52,987 bases of DNA from an uncultured Chitinophagales bacterium (GTDB lineage Bacteria > Bacteroidota > Rhodothermia > Balneolales > Natronogracilivirgulaceae). The notes under the pieces were generated by a model. The model saw only the letters and a program-made list of their open reading frames with translations, made no database searches and had not been told where the DNA came from. The stretch lies in the NCBI GenBank assembly GCA_964388615.1, contig CAYMBG010000003.1, forward strand, positions 1 through 52,987, read 5' to 3'. How positions within the stretch are numbered: the stretch's first letter is position 1; each line of letters opens with the position of its first letter. Of the stretch, positions 40,478 to 50,560 are shown one piece after another. The position numbers were made by a program, and so were the translations under genes.

Positions 40478-41410
40478 TCAGGATTGAAGCAAGTCACCGA
40501 AGGCGTCTGAGAGATTGGGATAATTATGACAAAAGCCATGTTTTTCAAGCTTCTCCGGCACCGCCCTGAGACTTGCGGTCAACATCGTAGCCGCTTCGCC
40601 CAGAACCGTTTTCAATACCACTTCAGGAACTTTAAAGAAGGAAGGCCTTGACAGAGCATGGGCAAGCTCGCGCGAAAAAACATCCATTGAAACGGGATTG
40701 GGTGCCGTCGCATTAAATGGCCCTGTGATACTCTTTTCCTGAATAGCATACAAAATGGAACGACAGAGATCATCAACATGAATCCATGGAAAAAACTGTG
40801 AGCCGGAGCCGATAGCGCCTCCCAGTCCTTTCCTGAAAACCGGCAGCATGGTGCTAAGTGCACCTCCATCGGTACCCAGGGCAATACCGATTCTGGGATT
40901 GACCACCCGGGTACCCAATTTTGATGCGGCTTGAGCCTCTTTTTCCCAATCTCTGCAAACCGTTGCAAGAAAATCATTTCCAGAATCCTGATCCTCGGTG
41001 ATAATTTGATCTCCGCAATCTCCATAGTAACCCACTGCTGAAGCGGAGATAAACAGATCCGGTTTATTTTCAACCTCCTTGATATCAGAAACCAGTGAGC
41101 GGGTAGTTTGTATACGACTGTCATACAATCTTTTTTTCACCCTGGCAGTCCACCATTTTCCAAACAGGCTTTCGCCGGCAAGATTGATCACAACATCACT
41201 CTGGTTGATTTCCGTACGATGATCATCCTGAAGCAAAACATAGCGAAGGGCAGGCCGCTGGTCACTTTCGCGAGAAGGGCCATCATTCCCCGAAGCCTGG
41301 TACTTATCGGGGTTTCTTGTAGCAATGGTAACGTTGAACCCTTCTGAGATAAGCATTTTAGAGAGGTGCCGGCCAATAAAACCTGTACCTCCTGTCATAA
41401 AAATATGCAT
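40478..41410 (-). CDS. TIGR01777/YfcH-family NAD-dependent epimerase-like oxidoreductase
   Basis: TGGTGFIG, VINLAGE, SRI.TT, SASAVGYYG, C.DWE, PWIHVDD. Confidence 0.92.
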   Translation of the reverse strand: MHIFMTGGTGFIGRHLSKMLISEGFNVTIATRNPDKYQASGNDGPSRESDQRPALRYVLLQDDHRTEINQSDVVINLAGESLFGKWWTARVKKRLYDSRIQTTRSLVSDIKEVENKPDLFISASAVGYYGDCGDQIITEDQDSGNDFLATVCRDWEKEAQAASKLGTRVVNPRIGIALGTDGGALSTMLPVFRKGLGGAIGSGSQFFPWIHVDDLCRSILYAIQEKSITGPFNATAPNPVSMDVFSRELAHALSRPSFFKVPEVVLKTVLGEAATMLTASLRAVPEKLEKHGFCHNYPNLSDAFGDLLQS

Positions 41411-41498
41411 AAGCAGTAACCAAGACGTTTTAGAAATCTGTCATTTAAACCAACAGTTTTAGTAGAAATCCGGCAGAAAAAAAGAACAAGCGTTTTTC

Positions 41499-42314
41499 CT
41501 AAAACATGGAAAAGTAGATCAGCAGTTTAAAATAGATGAGCGAAGCAGGAGCAGCAAAAAGAACAGCGTCAAAACGGTCATAAAATCCACCGTGACCCGG
41601 CATTAAACCTGAAGAGTCTTTTACTGCCGAAGCTCTTTTCAGTTTGCTTTCCGCCAGGTCGCCTAAAGGACCCATAACCCCCACAATCACAGCAAAAGGA
41701 ATGGCTAAAGGCCACGCCAGGGGGTAGCCGGGAATAAAGTAAATGCAAACAGCCAGAGCAACAAAACACCCCAAAAACCCCCAAATAAAGCCTTCAACGG
41801 TTTTCTTGGGACTAATTATCGGGGCAAGCTGATTTCTTCCCATCAACCGTCCTCCAAAATACGCAAAAACGTCGTTTGTCCAGACCATCAGCAACAGAGT
41901 CAGAGTCAGCACAAACCCGGTATAGTCATCTCCCAAAAACCTCATCATCAACAAGCCCGAAAAAAGGGCCGGTATCAAAACCGCCACAGCTGTTAAAAAC
42001 ATCATCTCTCTCCAGGAGTCGGGTCCGGAAAAAAACATATCCGTCACCATTACCAACAATATGAGAAACAAAAAGAAAATCCAGGCTATCTCAGGTGCAA
42101 GACCCATCAAAAACACCGCGGAACCCATTAAAAGGGCAAAAGGCTTTTGGATTTTTACATTTTGCTTTTCAACAATTTGAATCATCTCCAGTTGGATAAT
42201 GAGGATGATTGCTACCGTGACAGCGACAAAGACCCATCCCCCCAACCACGTTACACCGACAAATACAGGGGCTGCAATCAAAGCAGTAAGAACTCTTTTA
42301 GCTATTTCAGGCAC
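41499..42314 (-). CDS. cdsA: Phosphatidate cytidylyltransferase
   Basis: WTND.FAY..G, ISPKKT.EG, GDL.ESKLKR...VKDS..LMPGHGG..DRFD. GTG start. Confidence 0.96.
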   Translation of the reverse strand: MPEIAKRVLTALIAAPVFVGVTWLGGWVFVAVTVAIILIIQLEMIQIVEKQNVKIQKPFALLMGSAVFLMGLAPEIAWIFFLFLILLVMVTDMFFSGPDSWREMMFLTAVAVLIPALFSGLLMMRFLGDDYTGFVLTLTLLLMVWTNDVFAYFGGRLMGRNQLAPIISPKKTVEGFIWGFLGCFVALAVCIYFIPGYPLAWPLAIPFAVIVGVMGPLGDLAESKLKRASAVKDSSGLMPGHGGFYDRFDAVLFAAPASLIYFKLLIYFSMF

Positions 42315-42375
42315 CTGTAACTCCGCTGTTAGGAATTAGGGAAATAAGGAGTAGCATTTGAAAAACCGATCCGTA

Positions 42376-42687
42376 TTAAGAGTCTTCGTTATTATCATCC
42401 GGATCCTCGTCAGAGGTATCCATGTCGCTCTTGTCAATTTCACCATCTTTCCACTCCTTGAGTGCTTTTTCTGCATCTTCCGCATGTTCTTTGGGTACAT
42501 ATAGAAAGATAGCTGACAAATCACCAAAATTGACCGTGTAAGCGCTGTCCTTTTTGGATAAAATTTCACAGGGAATCCCCCGGTTGCTAAGGAAACCCTT
42601 AACGAGTCCGGCTTCACTTTCTATACTGGTCTCATAAACACAATTCCAGTCATCTATTTTGTCCGGCGTCAACTTGTCATTAAACAT
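42376..42687 (-). CDS. DUF2007-like small protein (putative signal-transducing)
   Basis: W..VY......EA.LVKG.L...GI.C......S.......G.....LYVP.E..EDA pattern; acidic tail. Confidence 0.7.
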   Translation of the reverse strand: MFNDKLTPDKIDDWNCVYETSIESEAGLVKGFLSNRGIPCEILSKKDSAYTVNFGDLSAIFLYVPKEHAEDAEKALKEWKDGEIDKSDMDTSDEDPDDNNEDS

Positions 42688-42690
42688 AAC

Positions 42691-43689
42691 TCAGTCTCGT
42701 TTGGTTATTTTTTTGATATATCGTACTACTACAAAGGTAGCACCTATACTCAAAAACACCAACAAAAAGGAGGGGCGTTCGGCCGTTATCAATTGATCGG
42801 CCATCATATCGGAAAAAAACGCAGCAAGGAGCACACTACCTCCATTATTGACAAAATGGCCGACTATGGCAGGGTAAATACTTTCCGAGCGCCATACCAG
42901 CCATGCCAGCAACATACCTATAAATGCAAGAGGTATAAACTGTGTTATACGGATATGAAACAGTGCAAAAAGCAAACCACCCACGATGATAGCCGCCCAA
43001 ATCCCCCATGATTTTTCCATCAACCGGTGTGCATAGCCCCTGAACAGTACCTCTTCACATACAGATGGCACCAAACCCACGTGAATGAGTCCCATGAGTA
43101 TAGCGTAATCGGCTGTAAGAAATGATTCGATCATCTCCATCTGCATCTCTTCCATGACCATGTAGGATTCCGGCAGAGGGACCTGAGCATTGATCCAGCC
43201 AAGAAACCAAACCAATGGTTGGATTACAACAATCAACAAAACCGTTTGCAAACTGACAGGAACGGTTTTTTCATCATACTGAAAGCGAAGGAACGCTGAG
43301 CGCTTGCCGGTCGTGGAAAGGCCTGTAACAATCCAGGTTCCCAGGCCCAGGAACAGTATTTGAGCAATAGAGTTACCAAGAAAAATCGTATTAAGGTGTT
43401 CCAGCATCAGTGTGACATCAAAAGCACCCGCAGGATCATCCGTTACCATCAGCATGTAAACCACGGCGAACGTGTTGCCAACAAGCTGGAATAACAGAAA
43501 TGCAACCACCACCCAAATAATAGCCGAAAGCCAGTATGGAAAACCGTTGCGCTCCATCCAGCTTTGCTCATGCAAAAAGCCTGTTGATGCAGTCGAAGAA
43601 TGATTTTCGTTGGAGGTGTTATCCAAAGCGTCTCGATCCTGACTATCACCCTCTTTGTGCCCGGAATTCCAAGATTGATTATCAGACAT
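42691..43689 (-). CDS. CPBP (CAAX/Abi) intramembrane metalloprotease
   Basis: EEVLFRG, LFALFH, HFVNN motifs; multiple TM helices. Confidence 0.92.
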   Translation of the reverse strand: MSDNQSWNSGHKEGDSQDRDALDNTSNENHSSTASTGFLHEQSWMERNGFPYWLSAIIWVVVAFLLFQLVGNTFAVVYMLMVTDDPAGAFDVTLMLEHLNTIFLGNSIAQILFLGLGTWIVTGLSTTGKRSAFLRFQYDEKTVPVSLQTVLLIVVIQPLVWFLGWINAQVPLPESYMVMEEMQMEMIESFLTADYAILMGLIHVGLVPSVCEEVLFRGYAHRLMEKSWGIWAAIIVGGLLFALFHIRITQFIPLAFIGMLLAWLVWRSESIYPAIVGHFVNNGGSVLLAAFFSDMMADQLITAERPSFLLVFLSIGATFVVVRYIKKITKRD

Positions 43690-43700
43690 ACCTAAGATGA

Positions 43701-44270
43701 TTACAGTTCATTTTCCGGACGATGTCCCATAACTTTAGCCGCCAGTAGACCACTGATCACATTGAGCAGTCCAAACATAACCGCACCCATACCTAATTGT
43801 GACAAAATATTCCCGGGTGAATAGTAATTTTGATACTGTGCATAGGTCGCATCAATGACCTCATTTTTCTGAGCATCCGGAATTAAGTCACTGGCTTCAA
43901 TACTTGCGATCATCGCATTTTGCAGGTTTTCGATATAGGATCCATCGATAACCGGCCATATCAAGGATAATACGGTGGATACCAGTGCAATAAAAATGCC
44001 CGTAAACAGGCCAATAACCGCCCCTCTTCCAATTTTCAGCTCCGGCCCGTGCTCATTTATGTAGAGCTTCACACCCAAGACTCCACCAAATAGTCCAACC
44101 AGACACCCAACTGCCGAAGCGATATATGTAGCGTTAAAGAATGATCCGCTTGGTTCCGAATGAATTGTCATATAACCACCAATGATGGTGATCAAAAAGA
44201 TAATAAATCCAAAAACAGCGCCTGCCGTACCCGCCGCATTCCAATATGATTTGTCTTGTGAAGGTTCCAT
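43701..44270 (-). CDS. DUF4199-like membrane protein
   Basis: 4 TM helices with a soluble helical loop before the last; family assignment by overall pattern only. Confidence 0.6.
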   Translation of the reverse strand: MEPSQDKSYWNAAGTAGAVFGFIIFLITIIGGYMTIHSEPSGSFFNATYIASAVGCLVGLFGGVLGVKLYINEHGPELKIGRGAVIGLFTGIFIALVSTVLSLIWPVIDGSYIENLQNAMIASIEASDLIPDAQKNEVIDATYAQYQNYYSPGNILSQLGMGAVMFGLLNVISGLLAAKVMGHRPENEL

Positions 44271-44288
44271 AATCCAAATTTTCAGGTT

Positions 44289-44771
44289 TTATTTATCAGT
44301 AGCCCTCAGGGTATTTGCCAGCAAAACGCCGGTAGCCAAACCCCAAAACAGCCCTATTAGCACTCTCGTATTGTTTGAACTTTGCCAAATATCCAGAAAA
44401 TTGGCAAAACCATCCAGCAATAATACGAGAGATATTACAAAAAAGATGCGAGCGCCTTTTATCGGCCGGCATTTTACAAATACATTCCATAGAACCCAAC
44501 CTGTGAGTCCAAGAAGCATCCCGGTGTATATACCCGTGCAACGACTGCAGGCCGCCAGTGGCCTGCCTTCCAAAAAAAGCGTTCTGTCCAATTGTTGATG
44601 ACAAACAAATGAAAATAGATTTTTTTGCCAACTGTTCGTCCATTCGGCCACCGTATTGTAAAAAAGCGGTGGACTCCAAAGTACAAATACAAAAAAGACC
44701 AAAATAGCGAAAACGGCTGATACCAACACCGGATCAAATATTTTTTCTTTCTTATTGGTCGGACACTTCAT
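44289..44771 (-). CDS. DUF2085 family membrane protein
   Basis: VCHQ..DRT.......CSRCTGIY.G and R...G...G motifs. Confidence 0.8.
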   Translation of the reverse strand: MKCPTNKKEKIFDPVLVSAVFAILVFFVFVLWSPPLFYNTVAEWTNSWQKNLFSFVCHQQLDRTLFLEGRPLAACSRCTGIYTGMLLGLTGWVLWNVFVKCRPIKGARIFFVISLVLLLDGFANFLDIWQSSNNTRVLIGLFWGLATGVLLANTLRATDK

Positions 44772-45618
44772 GGTCTACCAACAACGAGATATCCATAGCC
44801 GGAACCGAGTGAGTCAGCGCGCCCGCAGATACAAAATCGACTCCGGTTTCACCTATGGCGGCGAGTTTATCCAGGGTCACATTTCCGGATGCCTCAACAA
44901 AAAAACGGTTTTGAACCCTGTTGACAGCCTCTTTCATCATTTCCAGGCTCATGTTATCCAACATCACATATTCAACCTTTCCGTGTGCAATTACCTGATC
45001 CAGCTCCTCCAAACTGGTAACCTCAATCTCTATGGCGGCATCCAGGTTATTACTATTTCGATATTTCAGGCAATGATCAATGGCAGAGGTGATACCACCA
45101 GCCATCCGGATATGGTTTTCTTTGATTAAAAAACGGTCATCCAGCCGGATGCGATGATTCGTCCCACCCCCCGTTCTTACGGCCAGTTTATCAAGATAAC
45201 GATGACCAGGTGCTGTTTTTCGGGTATCCAGGATTCGGGCTCGGGTCGATGCCAGTTTTTTAGTAAAAGCACAGGTCCGGGTTGCGATACCACTCATTCG
45301 CTGTAAAAAGTTAAGCATAGTACGTTCAGCACTCAAAATAGGTGCCAGTGGTCCTGAAAGGCGTGCAATCTCAATACCATCAGAAAGCGGCTCTCCATCG
45401 CGCAGTAATGGAGTAAAAGCCACCTCATCACTAACCTGTTCAAGAATAAATTCAGCCAGATCCACTCCGGCAAGTACGCCATCCTGACGGGAAACCAATT
45501 TGGCTGATCCCGTTTCCTTACCGGTATATATGGCGTCGGTTGTGATATCACCGGACCCCATATCCTCCTCAAGGGCCAGTCGGACCAATTTTTTTACTTC
45601 ATCAGGCCAATTCTGCAT
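44752..45618 (-). CDS. nadC: Quinolinate phosphoribosyltransferase (carboxylating)
   Basis: ALEED...GDITT, ERT.LNFLQRMSGIAT, DTRKT.PG, LIKENH, EIEV, MLDNM, EASG. Start moved from 45711 to ATG 45618. Confidence 0.96.
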   Translation of the reverse strand: MQNWPDEVKKLVRLALEEDMGSGDITTDAIYTGKETGSAKLVSRQDGVLAGVDLAEFILEQVSDEVAFTPLLRDGEPLSDGIEIARLSGPLAPILSAERTMLNFLQRMSGIATRTCAFTKKLASTRARILDTRKTAPGHRYLDKLAVRTGGGTNHRIRLDDRFLIKENHIRMAGGITSAIDHCLKYRNSNNLDAAIEIEVTSLEELDQVIAHGKVEYVMLDNMSLEMMKEAVNRVQNRFFVEASGNVTLDKLAAIGETGVDFVSAGALTHSVPAMDISLLVDHEVSDQ

Positions 45619-46039
45619 AAGATCGGATTTTTTGAATAAACTCGTTTGGTGCACGAACCGGCTTTCGGCTTGCAATATCAACAAAAACCAATTCAACCAT
45701 TCCCTGAACATGAATTTGATGGGCCTCTACAGGCCGGATGTCATAGTAAGTGACCAGCCGCACTTTTGGCTCATCAAAGATCAGTAAGCGAGCATCCATT
45801 TTTTCATCGTATAAAATGGGCTGTTTATAACGGATTTTTACATTGGCCACCGGCAGCATGACACCCTCATTCTCCATGCGACTATAGGGTAGCCCAGCTT
45901 CACGGATAAACTCTGTGCGCACGACTTCAAAATACTCCAGGTAGCGGCTGTGATAGACAACTCCCATCTTATCCGTTTCACTGTACCGGCTCCTCAGCAA
46001 CATGTTATAGGAAAGTATGGGCTCTTTTTCAGGCAGCAT
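45602..46039 (-). CDS. Acyl-CoA thioesterase (YbgC/FadM hotdog family)
   Basis: RYSETDKMGVVYHSRYLEYFE..R motif. Confidence 0.9.
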   Translation of the reverse strand: MLPEKEPILSYNMLLRSRYSETDKMGVVYHSRYLEYFEVVRTEFIREAGLPYSRMENEGVMLPVANVKIRYKQPILYDEKMDARLLIFDEPKVRLVTYYDIRPVEAHQIHVQGMVELVFVDIASRKPVRAPNEFIQKIRSYAELA

Positions 46040-47011
46040 TCAATTCTTTTTTGAAGTTTCCATCCACTCTCCCATCTGCGAATATTTCTTGATTCGATGG
46101 TTTTTCAGTTCCTCCGGTTTCATCTTTGCAAGCCTCTTCAGGCTTTTCGAAAGCTGTTGTCCAAGAGCCTTTGCCGTTGCCTTGTAATCCCGGTGAGCCC
46201 CGCCCAAAGGTTCTTTTATTACGCCGTCTATAACCTTCAGCTCCATCAAATCAGGTGCACTAAGTTTGAGTGCATGAGCAGCCTGTTCTTTATAGTTCCA
46301 GTTTTTCCAGAGGATGGATGAACAAGATTCGGGTGAGATAACCGAGTACCAGGTATTTTCCATCATATAGATTTCATTGCCCATACCAATACCCAAAGCG
46401 CCACCACTGGCACCCTCACCAATAACAACTGTAACAATCGGCACTCTCAATAATGCCATTTCCCTGAGATTTTTGGCAATAGCTTCGGCTTGTCCGCGCT
46501 CTTCAGCCTCCAGACCCGGAAACGCACCGGGTGTATCCAGTAATGTTATGACCGGAACACCGAATTTCTCGGCAGTTTTCATGAGGCGCAGGGCTTTGCG
46601 ATATCCATCCGGATTCGGCATTCCGAAATTCCGATATTTGCGGCTTTTGGTATCCCGCCCTTTTTGGTGTCCGATCACCATAACAGATCGACCCTCAAAA
46701 GTAGCAAATCCACCTACGATGGCTTTATCATCACTGTAGCAACGGTCTCCATGCATTTCTATGAAATTTTGCAGCATTTCATAGACGTAATCAAGGGTAT
46801 ACGGACGATCGGGATGACGCGCCAGTTGAACACGTTGCCAGTGCGTAAGATTGGAGAAGATGGAAACACGGAGTTCCTCCACCCGCTTGCGAAGCCGCTC
46901 AATTTCAGGTGTCAGCACATTATCATCGCTAATGTTCAATTCGCTAAGCTCCGTAATCTTTTTCTCCAGCTCAATGATGGGTTTTTCAAAATCCAGATGA
47001 TTCATACTCAT
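46040..47011 (-). CDS. accA: Acetyl-CoA carboxylase carboxyltransferase alpha subunit
   Basis: [48 protein letters not shown]. Confidence 0.98.
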   Translation of the reverse strand: MSMNHLDFEKPIIELEKKITELSELNISDDNVLTPEIERLRKRVEELRVSIFSNLTHWQRVQLARHPDRPYTLDYVYEMLQNFIEMHGDRCYSDDKAIVGGFATFEGRSVMVIGHQKGRDTKSRKYRNFGMPNPDGYRKALRLMKTAEKFGVPVITLLDTPGAFPGLEAEERGQAEAIAKNLREMALLRVPIVTVVIGEGASGGALGIGMGNEIYMMENTWYSVISPESCSSILWKNWNYKEQAAHALKLSAPDLMELKVIDGVIKEPLGGAHRDYKATAKALGQQLSKSLKRLAKMKPEELKNHRIKKYSQMGEWMETSKKN

Positions 47012-47042
47012 ATCTCGTTAAATACACAATTGAAGATCTATA

Positions 47043-47777
47043 CTACAAAATACCCAAAATACTGCGCATTTTTAGCATCCAAACCATCCATACGGCTTCA
47101 AATACGATTTTTTTAGACATTTTTGACACTCCTTCGGTGCGCTCACGAAAAATAATCGATACCTCTTTCAAGCGGAAGCCTGCTTTAAATGCTCGAAAAT
47201 GGACTTCAATCTGGAACGAATACCCATTTGAACGAATCTTATCCAGATCAATATTCTCAAGGACTTTGCGTGAAATACATTTAAAGCCGGCGGTGGTATC
47301 GCGAACAGGCAGGCCGGTTATGAAACGGGCATACATATTTGCGGAGTAGGAGAGAATCAGCCGGCTCAAGGGCCAGTTTATGATGCTGATGCCCTTACTG
47401 TATCTCGAACCGATCGCGACATCACACTCCCCTTGCTTGACTTTGGTAATCAACCTGGGCAAATCATCCGGATCATGGGAAAAGTCCGCATCCATTTCGC
47501 ATACATACAGATAATCATGAGAAAGAGCAAAGTAAAAACCGGTGACATAAGCAGTTCCCAGTCCCTGTTTTCCCTCTCGTTCAATCAGATGAACACGACC
47601 TGGCCAGTCTTTCTGGATTTTTTTGACTTCGGAGGATGTGTTGTCCGGTGACCCGTCATCCACGATCAGAACATCAACCGGCTCCTTAAGACTCATGATG
47701 TAAGGTATCAATCGCCGGATATTTTCCAATTCATTGTAAGTAGGTATGATAACCAGAGAATCACTTTGATCACTCAT
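47043..47777 (-). CDS. Polyprenol-phosphate mannose synthase-like GT2 (Dpm1 family)
   Basis: IIPTYNE.ENI, VDDGSPD.T, GLGTAY..GF, EMDADFSH.P, D.TAGF, GYSFQIE. Confidence 0.92.
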   Translation of the reverse strand: MSDQSDSLVIIPTYNELENIRRLIPYIMSLKEPVDVLIVDDGSPDNTSSEVKKIQKDWPGRVHLIEREGKQGLGTAYVTGFYFALSHDYLYVCEMDADFSHDPDDLPRLITKVKQGECDVAIGSRYSKGISIINWPLSRLILSYSANMYARFITGLPVRDTTAGFKCISRKVLENIDLDKIRSNGYSFQIEVHFRAFKAGFRLKEVSIIFRERTEGVSKMSKKIVFEAVWMVWMLKMRSILGIL

Positions 47778-47778
47778 T

Positions 47779-49200
47779 TTATTGCCCTTTACCTTTGATT
47801 ACCGTCATAACGGTATTGATTAATATTTTGAAATCCATTTTCAAAGAAATGTTCTCAACGTAAAACAGATCATATTTGGTCTTTTCCTTTACATCCTCAA
47901 GACTTTCATCGTATTTCCATTTGACCTGTGCCCAACCGGTTATTCCAGGTCGCACCCGGAGTCTCCTGGAGTACAGAGGAATGTGATTTTTAAATTGATT
48001 TACAAAAAACGGACGCTCGGGTCGTGGGCCAACCAGACTCATGTCACCACGCAATACATTAACGAACTGGGGTAGTTCATCAAGCCTTAGTTTACGTAGC
48101 CAATAGCCCAGTGGCGTTATCCTGGGGTCATTATCGGTAGCCCATACGGGGCCGCTTTTTTTTTCAGCGTCTGCAAACATCGTTCGGAACTTGTACATGT
48201 TAAAAAGCCGTTCATACCTGCCAACTCGCTCTTGCTTGAAAATCGCCGGTCCTGAAGATGACAATCGAATCAATAAAACGATAACCAACATGACAGGAAG
48301 AGCGGGAATCAAAATTATCAACGATAAAATGATATCCATCAAACGTTTCATAAACTTTTCCCAGGTGGGCATCGGATCAGGCATTACATCGATTAGTGGG
48401 AGACCGAAAATTTGATTTGTCTGATTTAAACCTGTAATAACCTGATGAAAATCAGGCAAAATTTTAACCGAAACATCGGGAATATCAATTTGGTCAAGGA
48501 TAGCAACCAGATTTTCCTGATTGTCATTCTCGAGAGCCACAATAATCTCCTGGACCTTATAATCCATAACCAGTTTTTTCAGATCTTTAACAGCACCTAA
48601 TATCATGGAGGGATGAACTTTGGTCAGATCATTGCCATCATGCTCCCCGTTAAGTCGTAAAAAACCGATGACATTCATACCGGACGTCCGGTGTCTGTTC
48701 AGATTTTCGTAAACAGAGAGTGCCGCGTCGCCAGTACCCACAATCACAGCCCGGTGCAGCCCCTTTCCTTTCAGAACACGATGTTTCTGTATTGTTCTGA
48801 GGATAAATCGTCCGGTTGACACACTAATAAACACAATAAACCAGTACGTTAGCGTAACCCACTTAGCCTGATGCAAATTATCAGATGTCCATCCGAGCGA
48901 ATCGATAAAAAGCAGAAAGAAAAGTATAAGTGTCCCGATGATGGAGATTTTTGCAACACGCAGAATCTCATCAAACCGTGATATCAGATAGAGTTCACGA
49001 TAAAGTCCAAATATGCCGAATATGGCAATCCAGAAAATGGCAACGATAGCACCAGGTAAAAAGATTATTGATGGAGCTACTGCCGTAGGCTCAATGCCCC
49101 AACCCAGTTCAAACCTGGTAAAATAGAAGATATACCATGCCAACACCAGAAAAAGGAAGTCAGTGACAATCGTTCCTATTATTTCTCTTGCTTTTTCCAA
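47779..49200 (-). CDS. Undecaprenyl-phosphate sugar phosphotransferase (WcaJ/WbaP-type large PGT)
   Basis: 4 TM helices + CoA-binding-like domain + KR.MDI, KFRTM, DPRIT, LDELPQ..NV..G.MSLVGPRPE, PGITGWAQV. TTG start. Confidence 0.93.
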   Translation of the reverse strand: MEKAREIIGTIVTDFLFLVLAWYIFYFTRFELGWGIEPTAVAPSIIFLPGAIVAIFWIAIFGIFGLYRELYLISRFDEILRVAKISIIGTLILFFLLFIDSLGWTSDNLHQAKWVTLTYWFIVFISVSTGRFILRTIQKHRVLKGKGLHRAVIVGTGDAALSVYENLNRHRTSGMNVIGFLRLNGEHDGNDLTKVHPSMILGAVKDLKKLVMDYKVQEIIVALENDNQENLVAILDQIDIPDVSVKILPDFHQVITGLNQTNQIFGLPLIDVMPDPMPTWEKFMKRLMDIILSLIILIPALPVMLVIVLLIRLSSSGPAIFKQERVGRYERLFNMYKFRTMFADAEKKSGPVWATDNDPRITPLGYWLRKLRLDELPQFVNVLRGDMSLVGPRPERPFFVNQFKNHIPLYSRRLRVRPGITGWAQVKWKYDESLEDVKEKTKYDLFYVENISLKMDFKILINTVMTVIKGKGQ

Positions 49201-49344
49201 CTCAGAAACATTTTTGTGAAAACATGCAGTCTCAATATTACCTGACTCAAAATCGACATCAGATTATGTGTCAAAAAATTTACGGTTAAGCTCTCCACTC
49301 ATTATATTGGCAGTTTCCTTCATTTATTAACGCTACAATATAAC

Positions 49345-50472
49345 GTGTTCGAGCTCATAAAAGAAACTTCGAATGGGAAAGCCCGTTCAGGTAAAATTAC
49401 AACAGATCATGGCATTATCAATACGCCCATATTTATGCCTGTAGGCACTGCAGGTACGGTCAAGGCTGTTGATTTTGATACCCTTACAGAAAAAATCAAA
49501 GCCCCGGTTATTTTAGGAAACACTTATCATCTTTATCTGCGTCCGGGAAACGATATTTTATCACAGGCCGGCGGCTTGCATCGCTTTATTAATTGGCCCG
49601 GAGCCATTCTTACCGACTCCGGAGGATATCAGGTCTTTTCCCTGTCAGAAATTCGTAAGTTAGAATCGGATGGTGTCATTTTCAAAAGCCATCTGGATGG
49701 TTCCCGACATAAGTTCACCCCTGCCAGTGTTATTGAAACACAAAGAGTAATGGGATCCGATATTATGATGGTACTTGATGAATGTCCTGCCTATCCTTCA
49801 ACCGAAGCATATGTCCGCTCTTCTCTTGAACTGACCCATCGTTGGGCACACGAAAGCTTCAAAGCCTTTAAAAATACCAGTGAACGATACCATCACCGTC
49901 AGTTCCTGTTTGGTATCACCCAAGGTGGAATTTATCATGATTTACGCAAGCAATCGGCTAAAACACTCTCTGAAATAGATTTTGATGGAATGGCTATCGG
50001 TGGGCTCAGTGTGGGGGAGCCACCTGAAAAAATGTATGAGATCAGTGACATATCCACTGACTGTTTACCCAAAAATAAACCCCGTTATTTGATGGGGGTA
50101 GGTACCCCGGCAGATCTTCTTGAATCTGTAGCTCGTGGAATTGACATGTTTGACTGCGTCATGCCTACCAGGAATGCACGAAACGGAATGCTATTCACGC
50201 AAAACGGTATCATCAATATTAAAAACAGTAGATGGAAGAGCTGTTTCGAATCACCGGACTCTGATTTTCACTCGGATTTATGCCGCAATCATACACTGGC
50301 ATACCTGCATCATTTGTTCCGATGCAAAGAGATACTAGGTATTCAACTTGCTACAGCACATAATCTTACCTTTTATCTATGGCTCATGGAACAAATTCGA
50401 AACCGGATTGAAAATGACACCTTTTACAAATGGTATAGCGGAATGATCGATGAAGTCCGCCGACGTTTGTAA
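49345..50472 (+). CDS. tgt: tRNA-guanine transglycosylase
   Basis: TP.FMPVGT, NTYHL, TDSGGYQVFSL, GGLSVGE, PRYLMGVG, DMFDCVMPTR. GTG start. Confidence 0.97.
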   Translation: MFELIKETSNGKARSGKITTDHGIINTPIFMPVGTAGTVKAVDFDTLTEKIKAPVILGNTYHLYLRPGNDILSQAGGLHRFINWPGAILTDSGGYQVFSLSEIRKLESDGVIFKSHLDGSRHKFTPASVIETQRVMGSDIMMVLDECPAYPSTEAYVRSSLELTHRWAHESFKAFKNTSERYHHRQFLFGITQGGIYHDLRKQSAKTLSEIDFDGMAIGGLSVGEPPEKMYEISDISTDCLPKNKPRYLMGVGTPADLLESVARGIDMFDCVMPTRNARNGMLFTQNGIINIKNSRWKSCFESPDSDFHSDLCRNHTLAYLHHLFRCKEILGIQLATAHNLTFYLWLMEQIRNRIENDTFYKWYSGMIDEVRRRL

Positions 50473-50509
50473 GCAGAAGCTACTATCACGAATCAACAAC
50501 TATGCTTTC

Positions 50510-50550
50510 AGCTATTTAGCTTATTTTTGCTAAAAATAACAGATTAGCTG
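50510..50550. terminator. AT-rich hairpin between convergent tgt and GT2 genes
   Basis: CAGCTA...TAGCTG outer and TTATTTTT/AAAAATAA inner inverted repeats. Confidence 0.4.
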
Positions 50551-50560
50551 TTCATGCCAT

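Noticed and set aside
44357-44365. TTAGCACTC, the left arm of a CIRCE element
   Set aside because: Inside the DUF2085 CDS, no GAGTGCTAA arm 9 nt later, and far from chaperone genes.
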